Origin: an uncultured bacterium
GTDB lineage: Bacteria; Chloroflexota; UBA5177; JANWHV01
Length of the DNA: 64,000 nucleotides
Direction of reading: 5' to 3'
NCBI GenBank assembly: GCA_963827235.1
Contig: CAWHAE010000019.1
Location: 96,001-160,000, forward strand
The notes below the pieces were generated by a model. The model searched no databases and had not been told where the DNA came from. It worked only from the letters and a program-made list of their open reading frames with translations. Below are positions 1-9,948 of the stretch, one piece after another. Made by a program: the position numbers and the translations under genes. Position 1 is the stretch's first letter. Every line of letters starts with the position of its first letter.

Positions 1-584
1 GCGAATATCCCGTCCAGGCTGTTGGTGCCGCCCGTGATGTCCGGCCAACCGAAGGCCGTCAGTGTGGCGCCGGGGCCCAGGTTGGTCACGATCTTGTGCA
101 CGATCTCACCGAAGCCGAGCGTGACGATCGCCAGGTAGTCCCCTCGCAGGCGCAGGGTGGGAGCGCCAAGCACTGCGCCGAAACAGGCGGCGATCAGCGC
201 GCATATCGGCAGGAACCACCAAAAATTGGCGTGTACGCCGTTTGGGCCCCAGCTTATGAAGGGGCTGTTGAACGTGCTCACGGGCGTGAAGTGCGAGGAG
301 CTGAGCATGCCGAACGAGTAGGCGCCGATGGCGAAGAACGCCGCATAGCCCAAGTCGAGCAAGCCCGCGAAGCCCACTACCACGTTCAGCCCGAGGGCCA
401 GCATGGCGTAGATCTCGCCCTCCACCACGTCGCCGGTGATGACCTGTAGCTGACCCGTGCGGCTGATCAGCGGGGGAAAGATCAGGGCAATAACTGCCAG
501 GGTGCCCCAGCCGATCAACAATCTGCGGTTTTGCGGCTGTGCCCAGGGCAAGTTGCCGTTAGGAGCTGCTGCTGTGTTTGCCAT
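1..584 (-). CDS. livM: Branched-chain amino acid ABC transporter permease (partial; runs off the window edge)
   Basis: Minus-strand translation gives LGLNVVVGFAGLLDLGYAAFFAIGAY and LRLRGDYLAIVTLGFGEI; lies directly downstream of livH. Confidence 0.9.
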   Translation of the reverse strand, partial: MANTAAAPNGNLPWAQPQNRRLLIGWGTLAVIALIFPPLISRTGQLQVITGDVVEGEIYAMLALGLNVVVGFAGLLDLGYAAFFAIGAYSFGMLSSSHFTPVSTFNSPFISWGPNGVHANFWWFLPICALIAACFGAVLGAPTLRLRGDYLAIVTLGFGEIVHKIVTNLGPGATLTAFGWPDITGGTNSLDGIF

Positions 585-587
585 CAC

Positions 588-1553
588 TCAGGCCTTGTCC
601 ACGACTTGAGCGCCGAGCAGGCCGGTGGGACGAAGAACCAGCACGCACATCAGCACGGCGAACACCGCCGGCTCGGCCCATTGCAGCCCTACACCTTGGC
701 TCGCGTCCACGGCACTTACCAGTGCCTCAACCTCGCCGACCAGCAGACCGCCGAGCATGGCGCCCCGTATATTGCCGATGCCTCCCAGCACGGCGGCCGT
801 GAATGCCTTGAGGCCGGCCAGAAAGCCGATGCTATAGTCGATCGAATTGTAGTAGAGACCATAAATCACGCCTGCCGCTCCGGCGAGAACAGAGCCGACC
901 ACGAAAGTGAAGGATATCACGCGGTTGACGTCGATCCCCATCATGCGGGCCGCCTCGGGATCCTGAGCGGTAGCGCGCATCGCCTTGCCGATCTTGGTGC
1001 TTCCCACCAGGTAGAGCAGGCCAAGCATGAGGATGGGCGCGGCGATGAATACGATGATGGACTTGTTTGAGACGTTGAGACCAAGGAAATGGAGATACTC
1101 GGGGCTGATCAGACTGGGATAGGTGATGGAGCCGTTGTTGGTTCCGATCTGCCAGACCAGGGTGGCGTTCTCGATGATGAACGAAACGCCAATGGCAGTC
1201 ACCAAGGGCGCCAGTTTGGGCGCGCCACGCAAAGGTCTATAGGCAAACCGCTCGATAACAAACCCAACCACACCACATGACGCCATGGCCACGAGGAATG
1301 CGACGACAAATGCTGCGATCAGCATGCCTCCAGTGAGCACACCATAGTTGTCGCTTATCGGACCGCCAAACAAGTCCTGCAGTATCGCCCAGGAGAAGAG
1401 GCCTCCAAGCATAAACACGTCGCCATGAGCGAAATTGATCAATTCCAGGATGCCGTACACCAGCGTATAGCCCAGGGCGATAAGGGCATACATCATTCCC
1501 AGCGCCAGGCCGTTCACCAGCGTATTGGGCAAATCATTGAGGTACTGGTTCAA
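588..1553 (-). CDS. livH: Branched-chain amino acid ABC transporter permease
   Basis: ALGYTLVYGILELINFAHG, GKAMRATAQD, KAFTAAVLGGIG motifs; TTG start. Confidence 0.93.
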   Translation of the reverse strand: MNQYLNDLPNTLVNGLALGMMYALIALGYTLVYGILELINFAHGDVFMLGGLFSWAILQDLFGGPISDNYGVLTGGMLIAAFVVAFLVAMASCGVVGFVIERFAYRPLRGAPKLAPLVTAIGVSFIIENATLVWQIGTNNGSITYPSLISPEYLHFLGLNVSNKSIIVFIAAPILMLGLLYLVGSTKIGKAMRATAQDPEAARMMGIDVNRVISFTFVVGSVLAGAAGVIYGLYYNSIDYSIGFLAGLKAFTAAVLGGIGNIRGAMLGGLLVGEVEALVSAVDASQGVGLQWAEPAVFAVLMCVLVLRPTGLLGAQVVDKA

Positions 1554-1648
1554 ACGCGTCCTCGCATATCGATAGCATGGGTATGGCAGTCACAGTGCAG
1601 GAGGGGCGGCATGGCCGCCCCTCCTGCACCGGGCGTGTGCGTCCCAGC

Positions 1649-2959
1649 CTACGGCTGCGGCGCCAGGCCGGCGTAGATCCAGTGAGCGGACTTACCGGTA
1701 CCCACGACCTTGTACATCGAAACGACGAAACTGGTGAGGTCGCCGTTGGCGTCGAAGCTGATGCTGCCCGAGCCACCGGACCAGTTCTTGGTCTGGCCGA
1801 CGTACGTGGCGATGATCGAGCGCGTGGTGATGTCCTGCGCCTGTCCAACCTTGATCTTGCCGGCCTTCACAGCCTTGGCGTACGCCTGGATGATCACGTT
1901 GGCCGCGTCGTAGGACTCTACGTCATAGGCAGCCGTCGGGATGCCCGGGAACTGCTTGGCTTCCAGGGCCAGGAAGGACTTGGCGGCCGGGAAGTTGAGG
2001 GCGTCCGGCCCGATGCTGCTGGCATAGCTCTTCAGCACGCCGCCGTTGGAGCTGGCCGTGATGTAATCCTGGGCGTACAGACCGTCGCCACCCATGAACC
2101 AGCAGTTCAGGCCTGCCGCCTTGAGGGCATCGGCCAGGAACGTGCCGCCACCGGTGTGGGTGTCATACTCGCCGCCGAAGAACACCAGGTCGACCTTGCC
2201 GCCGCTGGCGCTTTCGATATTGGTGGCCAGTTGGTCAGCGCCGAGCTTGGGCAGGGTGAGATCCAGCTCGCCGCTGCCGACGATCGTGGCGCCCAGCTTC
2301 AGCGCCTCGGCCTTGAAGGAGGCTGCCAGGCCGACACCGTAGGGATCGGTATTGTCGGTGACGAAAATACGCTTCGCATGCAGAACCTTCACGGCGTAGG
2401 CGGCGTCATCCCCGCCTTGGTGCAGGTCGGTGGTCACCGTGCGGAAGTAGGTGACGGGGCCCTTGCCTGCCGCGGTGCGCGGCTCGTACTTGGCGCGCAG
2501 CTTGGGGTCGGTTAGCTCGACCGCAGTGTTGGACGGGCTGATCTGGACCAGGCCGGCCTGGTTGTATACAGCCTCGGAGCCCTTGGTAGCGCCGCTGTTG
2601 AGCGGGCCGACCTCGCCGATCAGCGTGCTGTCGGCGATGAAGGTGCGGGCGTTCGCAGCATCCTTCTCAGGATTGTTCGAGTTGTTGATCGTGTCGTCCA
2701 GGACGTCGGCCTGGAAGGTAACGCCGGGCACCACATGATTGGCGTTAGCCTGGGCAACGGCTACTTTGACACCACGCGCGATACCGTTGGCCAGCTCGGC
2801 GAGCTGGAGGATCGGCACACTGACGCCGATGGTGATAGTGCCGGTGGCATCGGATACCGATGCATGCGCGGAGCGCGGTACGGCATTGCCTGCCAGGAGT
2901 GACACCAGGGCAATCGCGCCAAGTCCGCGAAGCGCACGTCTAGATGTCGTCATGGGCAT
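1649..2959 (-). CDS. Branched-chain amino acid ABC substrate-binding protein (LivK/LivJ family), Tat-like signal
   Basis: SRRAL signal; GPLNSG, QISPSNT, YGVGLA motifs; upstream of livHM. Confidence 0.88.
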   Translation of the reverse strand: MPMTTSRRALRGLGAIALVSLLAGNAVPRSAHASVSDATGTITIGVSVPILQLAELANGIARGVKVAVAQANANHVVPGVTFQADVLDDTINNSNNPEKDAANARTFIADSTLIGEVGPLNSGATKGSEAVYNQAGLVQISPSNTAVELTDPKLRAKYEPRTAAGKGPVTYFRTVTTDLHQGGDDAAYAVKVLHAKRIFVTDNTDPYGVGLAASFKAEALKLGATIVGSGELDLTLPKLGADQLATNIESASGGKVDLVFFGGEYDTHTGGGTFLADALKAAGLNCWFMGGDGLYAQDYITASSNGGVLKSYASSIGPDALNFPAAKSFLALEAKQFPGIPTAAYDVESYDAANVIIQAYAKAVKAGKIKVGQAQDITTRSIIATYVGQTKNWSGGSGSISFDANGDLTSFVVSMYKVVGTGKSAHWIYAGLAPQP

Positions 2960-3684
2960 TTTCCCTCACTTGTGCAGCAATTCCTGGGATGAATGAATTG
3001 ATAGCCCTGACCGTGCAGCAATTCTCTGCGATCCGGTCGCCTATCGCACGTCCTGCCCGTCCGCAGGAGCCCGATGAGCCATTATGCAGCCGTCGCGAAT
3101 TTCATGCGCGGACTGCAGGTCGTGCCTTATCTCCCAACCCTCTGGCTAGTGCCTGCTTCAACCTCCTTCCGCGTAGCCGTTACTCGACTTTGGGCGGGCA
3201 TCGCATGCGAATCCGGTGCGGCTCCAGCTTGCATGGCGCTGAGTTGAATGCTGCTCAAAGACGTGGGTGCGCGGCAACGAGTACGTCGTGCTGCGAAATA
3301 GCTGTGGCACCTTACCGCATACCTCAAACTACACGAACATGCGTTAGCAAGCTAGGAGACGACGACGGCAGCGATGTCGATCTCTCCACTAGCCATCATG
3401 GGCAGCGGTGATTGGATAGAGTATACACATTCCGGGACCGGAATGTAGAGTCCGGCGCGTTCCGCTGCGGCACGTTTCACGCGCTCGGTTTCATATCGGG
3501 TTTTCTTGGAGGTAGGCTCGACTAGGTTTACAATCCATCTGTCACGACGCACCCTGCGAGTTCGCTCGACGTGCCGCAACTTATGCGCAATCCGGCGCCC
3601 TTGCGCGCGCGCATCGGGTAACACTACTGATTAGGGCCGTGCCCGCGTCGCCGGCGCGCCCGGCAGAATATCTGGTGAGGACAG

Positions 3685-5760
3685 ATGAACGACGATCGGC
3701 TGTACGGCGGTCGCTACAAGCTCCTGGACGTGATCGGCGATGGCGGTATGGCTCGCGTTTTCCGCGCCACCGACACGCGGCTCGACCGGACTGTTGCCAT
3801 CAAGGTGCTGCGCGAGCAGTTCACCGGCGAGCCTCAGTTCATCGAGCGATTCAAGCAGGAAGCACGATTGGCCGCTGCTCTCGCCCACCCAAACATCGTG
3901 GGCGTCTATGATGTGGGCGAAGAGAACGGGCAGTACTACATGGTGATGGAGTACGTGCCCGGCGACAATCTCAAGCAGATCATTGCGCGCGAGGCGCCCA
4001 TGCCGCTCGGCACAGTGGTCGGCTTCATGCGACAGCTGGCCGCTGCCCTGGATTACGCGCACTCTCACGGCGTGATTCACCGCGACATCAAGCCGGAGAA
4101 CATCATCGTCACCGACAGGCGCGAAGTGAAGGTAGGCGATTTCGGCATCGCTCGGGCCCTCGCTGGCTCTGCCCTGACGGCGACCGGCACGGTGTTGGGC
4201 TCCGTCTCGTACTTCTCGCCGGAGCAAGCAAGCGGCCAGCAGGCAACTGCCGAGTCCGACCTGTACTCGGCGGGCATGGTTCTGTTCGAGATGCTGACCG
4301 GGCACGTGCCGTTTTCGGGCCCCAATCCGGTGGCCGTGGCCATGGCACAGGTCAACGACCCGCCGTCGCTGCCGACCAACTTCGTGCCCGAGCTGCCGAG
4401 ACCGGTCGAAGCGGTCGTGCTGAAAGCCATTGCCAAGGATCCGTCGCAGCGCTATCACACGGGATACGAGCTGATGGCCGCGCTGACGGCAGCCGCCAAG
4501 CCGGCGCCCCAGGCGCCGGTCGCGGCTCAGACGGAGGCGCCAAGAGTCCGCCGGGCTGCGCCGGTCGCCGAGGTCGCGGATGCCTCGGCCACGCTCGTGG
4601 CCGGATCGCCGGTACTGGCCGACGGCTCACAACGCCGCGGCCGCCGCGGCTATGGAGGTGCCATCGCGGCTCTGATCACGACGGCCGTCCTGTTGCTCGC
4701 CGCCGTGCTGGTCTATCACACGATCTCGGGCAACGAGTCGGCGAGCTCGACTGCGACGGCCTCGCCGACACCGACCCGTATCGCGACGGCCGGCGGCCAA
4801 AAGCCGACCAGGGTGCCGGCCGTGGTGCCGACCGACACCTTCGTTGCGCCGCAGCGGACGAACACGCCCGTGGCCAATCAGGTGCCTGCCGCCACGGACA
4901 CGCCCGTGTCCCCCGTGGTGGCGGTGGCCAGCGCGACCGCCATCGACACAGCCACCCCGGCCGGCACCGCTACCACCGGATTGGCGAGTGATACACCAAC
5001 CGTGCCGACCGACACGCCGACGGCGGAAGGCGGGACGCCGACCGCGGGCACGGAGACACCGACCGCGGGCACGGAGACGGCTACGGCCGGCACCGAGACG
5101 GTCACGCCCGGATCCACCCATGGCGCTACCGTCGACCTCGTCACGGCGTCCAAGGTGGGCAGCCACTTCACCGCGCAGGGCGTGTCCAGCCACTTCACGG
5201 CGGGGACGTCCACGGTGTACGCCGTGGCCAAGATTCACGGCAAGGCCAAGGGCGACGTGGTCAAGTTCGTTTGGCAGTATCCCGACGGCAGCACCTTTGG
5301 GCTGGAAATCCCGGACGTGACTTCGTACAAGGGCAACGTCACGGCCTACGCGGAGATCACGCCGCGTGGTCCGGGCACGTACACGGTGACGACGACCATC
5401 AACGGTCACAGCGTGGCGAGCGTCACTTTCACCGTGGCTTCACACGGCGAGGCCACGGCATCGACCGGTGCCGCGAGCCAGCCTGCCGGAAGCGCCACCA
5501 CTGAGGCGAATTCGACGGCGGTCCTGACGGTAACTCCGGTCGCGGCCGAGAGCACCTCCGCCGCGTCGGCGGAATACGCCGGCGGCAGCGGCTCCGGCCC
5601 TCACGGGCACGGTGACGATCCAGTCCACGCCGGGCAGCGCGGAGAGCCTGGGCTCGGCAACCGCCGGGACTGCCTCGCCGGCGACGACGGGAGTGGGGGT
5701 GGCGACTGCCCTGCCCACCGACACCCCGGCCGGCCAGTGAGCCAGTACACTGGGACATGA
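3685..5760 (+). CDS. PknB-like Ser/Thr protein kinase with TM helix and Thr/Pro/Ala-rich extracellular region (C-terminal tail probably frameshifted near 5575)
   Basis: IGDGGMARV, VAIK, HRDIKPEN, DFG, SPEQ motifs; hydrophobic segment AIAALITTAVLLLAAVLVY. Confidence 0.93.
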   Translation: MNDDRLYGGRYKLLDVIGDGGMARVFRATDTRLDRTVAIKVLREQFTGEPQFIERFKQEARLAAALAHPNIVGVYDVGEENGQYYMVMEYVPGDNLKQIIAREAPMPLGTVVGFMRQLAAALDYAHSHGVIHRDIKPENIIVTDRREVKVGDFGIARALAGSALTATGTVLGSVSYFSPEQASGQQATAESDLYSAGMVLFEMLTGHVPFSGPNPVAVAMAQVNDPPSLPTNFVPELPRPVEAVVLKAIAKDPSQRYHTGYELMAALTAAAKPAPQAPVAAQTEAPRVRRAAPVAEVADASATLVAGSPVLADGSQRRGRRGYGGAIAALITTAVLLLAAVLVYHTISGNESASSTATASPTPTRIATAGGQKPTRVPAVVPTDTFVAPQRTNTPVANQVPAATDTPVSPVVAVASATAIDTATPAGTATTGLASDTPTVPTDTPTAEGGTPTAGTETPTAGTETATAGTETVTPGSTHGATVDLVTASKVGSHFTAQGVSSHFTAGTSTVYAVAKIHGKAKGDVVKFVWQYPDGSTFGLEIPDVTSYKGNVTAYAEITPRGPGTYTVTTTINGHSVASVTFTVASHGEATASTGAASQPAGSATTEANSTAVLTVTPVAAESTSAASAEYAGGSGSGPHGHGDDPVHAGQRGEPGLGNRRDCLAGDDGSGGGDCPAHRHPGRPVSQYTGT
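4993..5118 (+). repeat. Degenerate 21-bp (7-aa) tandem coding repeat, about 6 units
   Basis: TPTVPTD/TPTAEGG/TPTAGTE/TPTAGTE/TATAGTE/TVTPGST; ccgaccgcgggcacggagac occurs twice exactly. Confidence 0.8.
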
Positions 5761-5850
5761 AACGATCGGGCCTCGTGACTCATCTCGCGGTGGGGATGCG
5801 GGTGCGAGAGCGCGCGTGCGTGCACTGATACTGAAAGGAGCATCCTCCTG

Positions 5851-6801
5851 TTGAGCGCGTTGGTCGCTGCCTCGCTATTGGCGCAGCATGCCGCTATCCT
5901 TGCCGCCGCCACTACCTCGGTTGGACACGTGCAGGCGATCATACTCGGCCTGCTCCAGGGCGTGGCGGAGCTCTTCCCAATCAGCAGCCTCGGACATACG
6001 GTGATCGCGCCCAAGCTCCTGGGCTGGAACATCGACCAGAAGTCGGACACGTTCCTGCCCTTCGTGGTCATGCTGCACCTCGGCACGGCGACCGCCCTGA
6101 TCGTCTACTTCTGGAGCGATTGGGTGTCCGTCGTGACGCCCATGGTGGACAGCGTGAGACGCGGCAGATTGGGTGAGAGCGCCGAGGAGCGAATCGGCTG
6201 GCTGGTCTGCGCCGGCACCGTGCCGCCATCGATCATCGCGGTGTTCTTCGAGCAGCGGGTGAAGGACTTCTTCGCCGATCCCAAGATCGCTGCTGCCTTC
6301 CTCGTGATCAACGGTTTCCTCATGTACTTCGGCGAACGACTGCGAGCTCGCGCGAGCAGGTTGGTCGCGCAGGCCGAGCAGGGCACGAACCGTCCTCCGG
6401 CTGTGCCGCGGCCAATCTCGACGCTCTCCTGGACGGAGGCCGTGATCGTCGGCAGCGCGCAGGCGCTGGCCTTGGTGCCCGGCATCTCGCGATCCGGCGT
6501 CACCATGGTGGCCGGCCTGGCGACGGGACTGACGCACGAAGCGGCCGCCAGGTTTGCCTTCCTCCTGGCTACGCCGCTGATCATCGCCGCCGGGGTGGCT
6601 GAGATTCCGGCCTTGCTCAGCTCTTCCGGTCGATCGACTTTGGGGGACGCGCTCTTGGGCGGCGTGGTGGCCGCGTTCGCCGCATACGGCAGCGTGCGCT
6701 TCCTGATGCGGTACTTCAAGGTGGGCCGGCTGACCCCGTTTGCTTACTACTGCTGGGCCGCGGGCTGCCTGGCGCTGGTCGGCCTGGCGCTCCGAGGCTG
6801 A
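5851..6801 (+). CDS. uppP: Undecaprenyl-diphosphate phosphatase (BacA)
   Basis: QGVAELFPISSLGH, HLGT, PGISRSG, AARFAFLL motifs. Confidence 0.95.
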   Translation: MSALVAASLLAQHAAILAAATTSVGHVQAIILGLLQGVAELFPISSLGHTVIAPKLLGWNIDQKSDTFLPFVVMLHLGTATALIVYFWSDWVSVVTPMVDSVRRGRLGESAEERIGWLVCAGTVPPSIIAVFFEQRVKDFFADPKIAAAFLVINGFLMYFGERLRARASRLVAQAEQGTNRPPAVPRPISTLSWTEAVIVGSAQALALVPGISRSGVTMVAGLATGLTHEAAARFAFLLATPLIIAAGVAEIPALLSSSGRSTLGDALLGGVVAAFAAYGSVRFLMRYFKVGRLTPFAYYCWAAGCLALVGLALRG

Positions 6802-6961
6802 GAGACCAGCGGGCTAATCGGCGTCGTCCTGTGCCGGCAACCTTGCTATGCTGAGAGGGTGTTGCGCTTGTGCTCCACCGGCACGGGGTGTGGCTGGGTG
6901 CAGGCCGGTCTGCAGCGCGAGCCAAGCCTAGTTGGATGACGCCGGATCTCGGAGAGGAGAC

Positions 6962-7177
6962 GTGAAAATGCAGGCAAGCGACCGCCAGAAAGTGTTTCTG
7001 TTGGCAATCGCCGCGGCGGCAGTGTTCGTGGTTATCGGCATACTCTATCTGACCAGCCACTTCATTCCATCTGGATTCCATTGGAAACATGCAGTCCTGG
7101 CCTTCGTCCTCGCCGGCGGGTCGCTGATCGTCGCCAATTTCAACCGGCCGGGCGCCGGCGTGGCGACCGGGCGCTGA
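6962..7177 (+). CDS. Small two-TM membrane protein
   Basis: RBS GGAGAGGAGA before GTG/ATG; two hydrophobic helices with HWKH between them. Confidence 0.65.
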   Translation: MKMQASDRQKVFLLAIAAAAVFVVIGILYLTSHFIPSGFHWKHAVLAFVLAGGSLIVANFNRPGAGVATGR

Positions 7178-7513
7178 TCACCGGCAGGCGACTGGCCCGC
7201 GGCGATTGTACCGCCAATGAGCGCGGGCGCCGCCATGCGCCGAGGCTCGTCCCCCAGGTTGCCGGGAAGATACTTCGCGCCTCCGGCTACGGTTGGGACG
7301 GGCCGGCTGCGGCCGGTTGAGAGGCGGGGTCTTGATCCACGCCGCTTGCGACGCGCGCGATGCGTGCCTCATCGGTGGCCTCCGATCCGGTGACCACGCT
7401 GCTCGGCTGAGCGGCGGGACACGGTCGGCCCCCGCGGCACGCGCACCAGTTCAGACCGGCAATCTGCCGGCTTGTTTGTGCCGCGGCTCGGCGGCAGGCT
7501 CGGTCCCGCGGCG

Positions 7514-7774
7514 CTAACCGAATACGGCGATCGCTGCGATTACCGAACCCATGACCACCAGGGTGAGCAACGAGAGGCCCAGATTGAAGTGGAAATCGAT
7601 GATCAGCACCGCGGTCATGACGATCAGGATCGCGATCGATAGCACAATGGGCAGGTTGTTCGCGTCCTCGTTCAGCGCGGTCGCGCGCTCGGGTTGCGAA
7701 GGCAAGTCGCTGCGAGGGTGTCGTGCCACGCGGCGATACGCTTCACGCGCTGCCGGGCTGATGCTCTTGGCCAT
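7514..7774 (-). CDS. Small membrane protein (two C-terminal TM helices)
   Basis: AAAGGA RBS before ATG; hydrophobic C-terminal half. Confidence 0.6.
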   Translation of the reverse strand: MAKSISPAAREAYRRVARHPRSDLPSQPERATALNEDANNLPIVLSIAILIVMTAVLIIDFHFNLGLSLLTLVVMGSVIAAIAVFG

Positions 7775-8004
7775 GTGAGAGGTTCCTTTCACGCGAAAAG
7801 CGGGCGGCTACCCATAGGCTACAATATCCCCGTCCATCCTGGTAGCAGGACATTCTGGTACGTTGCGGATGTTTGCCCATGAGTCGAACGCCGATGTCCG
7901 GCACCGCTGCTGCCATCGCCTTCTTCCGGGCCAGCTTTTCCAGCCTGAGGAGAGTCGTCTTGGCTCCCGGAGCGCCTGCCAGCGGCAGAGCGCTGAATCC
8001 ATTG

Positions 8005-8628
8005 TCAGCGAGCCGGGCCGGACGGTACGCTCCGCGTCGAGCGGCGGCAGAGATCCAGGAAGAGCCGGTGCACGCGGGCGTCATCGCCAAGCTCAGGGTG
8101 GAACGACGATGCCAGCAGCCCGCCTTCGCGCACCAGGACCGGCGTGCCGTCGGCCAGGGTGGCAAGAACCTGCACGCCGGGTCCCACTTCTTCGACCACC
8201 GGCGCCCGAATGAAGATCGCTCGTAGTGGTCGCTCGCCGAGCTCTGCCAAGCGCACGTCGGCCTCGAAGCTTTCCGCCTGCGAGCCGTAGGCGTTCCGCT
8301 TTACGCGAATGTCCATCAGTCTCAGCGCCTGCGGCGCGTGTTGGGCGCCGCCACGAGCGAGCAGGATCATTCCGGCGCAAGTGCCGTACGCCGGCATGCC
8401 CTGCAGCATCATGTCGCGCAGCGGCTCCATGAGGCCGCACTTCGCCATCAGCTTGCCGATCGCGGTGCTCTCGCCGCCCGGCAGGATGAGCCCGTCGAGA
8501 TCGCGCAGATGGGCGGCCAGGCGCACCTCGACCGGATGGACTCCGAGGCGGCGAAGCATCCTGCCGTGCTCTGCTACTCCGCCCTGCAAGGCAAGAACGC
8601 CGATCCTCGGCGCCACCGCGGTGGCCAT
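8005..8628 (-). CDS. pdxT: PLP synthase glutaminase subunit
   Basis: GVLALQG, PGGEST, GTCAG, RNAYGSQ, FHPE motifs. Confidence 0.95.
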   Translation of the reverse strand: MATAVAPRIGVLALQGGVAEHGRMLRRLGVHPVEVRLAAHLRDLDGLILPGGESTAIGKLMAKCGLMEPLRDMMLQGMPAYGTCAGMILLARGGAQHAPQALRLMDIRVKRNAYGSQAESFEADVRLAELGERPLRAIFIRAPVVEEVGPGVQVLATLADGTPVLVREGGLLASSFHPELGDDARVHRLFLDLCRRSTRSVPSGPAR

Positions 8629-8632
8629 CGGC

Positions 8633-9550
8633 TCAGCTCCCGCGCCCGGCGAGCAGCGCAGCCGGGGCAATGTCGGCGATCTCGAGCCCCGGCATGGCGT
8701 CGCCTAGACCGCGCGAGAGATCGGCAATGCGGGCGCCGTCACGGCAGTGGGTGGTCGCCTGCACGATGGCACGGGCGAACCGGGCCGGGTTGGAGCTCTT
8801 GAAGATGCCTGAGCCGACAAACACCCCATCGGCACCGAGCTGCATCATCAGCGCGGCATCAGCCGGCGTGGCCACGCCGCCCGCGGCAAAATTCACCACG
8901 GGCAGGGCGCCGGTCTCGTGCACCCGTCGCACGAGCTCGATCGGCGCGCCCAAGTCGCGGGCAGCGGCCGAGAGCTGCTCTGGCTGCAGACCGGCTATCC
9001 GGCGAATGGCGTTCGTCATCGCCCGCATGTGGCGTACCGCCTCCACCACATTGCCGGTACCCGCCTCGCCCTTGGTGCGAATCATCGCCGCTCCTTCGCC
9101 GATCCGGCGCAGCGCTTCGCCCAGATCGCGAGCGCCGCAGACGAACGGCACCGTGAAGGCATGCTTGTCCACGTGGTGCTCCTCGTCCGCCGGTGTCAGG
9201 ACTTCGCTTTCGTCGACATAATCGATGCCGAGCGCCTGCAACACCTGGGCCTCCACGAAATGCCCGATCCGGATCTTCGCCATCACCGGGATGGTGACCG
9301 CTTCCTTGATCCGCGCGATGAGCTCGGGATCGCTCATGCGCGCCACGCCGCCCTGCGCCCGGATATCGGCCGGAACTCGCTCCAGCGCCATGACCGCCAC
9401 CGCGCCCGCTTCCTCGGCTATCCTGGCGTGGTCGACCGAGACCACGTCCATGATCACGCCACCCTTCAGCATCTGGGCGAGGCCCGACTTCAAGCGCCAT
9501 GTTCCCTTCTCTGCCTCGACGCCCTGAGCTATCGCGCCATTCTCCACCAT
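8633..9550 (-). CDS. pdxS: PLP synthase lyase subunit
   Basis: [38 protein letters not shown]. Confidence 0.97.
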   Translation of the reverse strand: MVENGAIAQGVEAEKGTWRLKSGLAQMLKGGVIMDVVSVDHARIAEEAGAVAVMALERVPADIRAQGGVARMSDPELIARIKEAVTIPVMAKIRIGHFVEAQVLQALGIDYVDESEVLTPADEEHHVDKHAFTVPFVCGARDLGEALRRIGEGAAMIRTKGEAGTGNVVEAVRHMRAMTNAIRRIAGLQPEQLSAAARDLGAPIELVRRVHETGALPVVNFAAGGVATPADAALMMQLGADGVFVGSGIFKSSNPARFARAIVQATTHCRDGARIADLSRGLGDAMPGLEIADIAPAALLAGRGS

Positions 9551-9888
9551 GTTCGTGTCCTTTCGTGTCGCTCCTGCCGGGTGCTCGGCAGTCGTCCATC
9601 GTTCGCCTTCGCACACCCTGAGCCGACACCGCAGCCCGCGCCGGGACTCGGCGGTCACCGAGCTCGGCCGCCTACATTGCGCGCTGGAGCTCGGATGAGG
9701 TCGGTTGTCCCGGCTTCGATCCTGCCGTATCGAGCGCGCGGCCGAGCCGGCCGCGCGCGGACCTGCCTGTCACGACCGCTAGTGTCGGGACCGGGCCACT
9801 CCCGCGTCGAGCTGCCGGCGCCCTCGCGCTCCCGGTAGCCGCACCGGTTCGCGAACTACGGTACACTGGAAGCGGCATGGGCGCCAGC

Positions 9889-9919
9889 GCCACTATTGCC
9901 ATGTGAACCATGCCACTAT
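9889..9919. promoter_or_regulatory. Candidate PdxR operator (direct repeat)
   Basis: GCCACTAT at 9889-9896 and 9912-9919 (23-bp period) between divergent pdxS and pdxR; minus-strand ATAGTGG resembles the AAAGTGG core of the corynebacterial PdxR site. Confidence 0.55.
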
Positions 9920-9948
9920 GGGCTCGATGAGGAAGAAGTACGGGCTGA

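Noticed and set aside
4993-5118. CRISPR-like repeat array
   Set aside because: In-frame 21-bp coding repeats with no spacers, and no cas genes in the window.
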